A DNA stretch of 64,000 nucleotides, taken from NCBI RefSeq assembly GCF_052425735.1, contig NC_135770.1, positions 27,776,001-27,840,000 of the forward strand, read 5' to 3'. The DNA is from Oculina patagonica. Its lineage: Eukaryota. Below, piece by piece: positions 63,971 through 64,000 of the stretch. Under the pieces are notes generated by a model, which was not told the origin of the DNA, did not search any database, and saw only the letters and a list, made by a program, of their open reading frames with translations. Every line of letters begins with the position of its first letter. Positions within the stretch are counted from its first letter, which is position 1. The position numbers were made by a program, and so were the translations under genes.

Positions 63971-64000
63971 CGGTTTTTGGTTTCAGGGTACGTACGGGAT

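Overview
AT-rich, intron-containing animal genomic DNA, not prokaryotic. The repeat landscape (tRNA-derived SINEs, many small TIR elements) looks like a cnidarian, probably a stony coral; this is inference. I assembled the genes by hand from GT-AG boundaries with consistent phase. They are: (1) the 3' eight exons of a CCDC42/CFAP73-like (DUF4200) coiled-coil gene on +; (2) an RNF8-like FHA-coiled-coil-RING E3 ligase on -, whose spliced form ends in a G/Y/N/H-rich tail plus a CCHC zinc knuckle split by an intron and invisible in the ORF track; (3) a head-to-head SLC16/MCT-family MFS transporter on +; (4) a cluster of four chondroitin sulfate synthase (CHSY1-like) paralogs: three intact two-exon genes, one copy that lost its first coding exon but keeps an open 491-aa terminal exon, and a short relic of a possible fifth; (5) an intronless BTB/POZ gene between the convergent CHSY copies. 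Mobile and repetitive DNA includes a Penelope-like 3' end with a hammerhead ribozyme motif, a bipartite RTE-derived element, Crypton and L2-type LINE remnants, many MITEs, a perfect 8x50-bp array, and a double-palindrome higher-order array at the right end.
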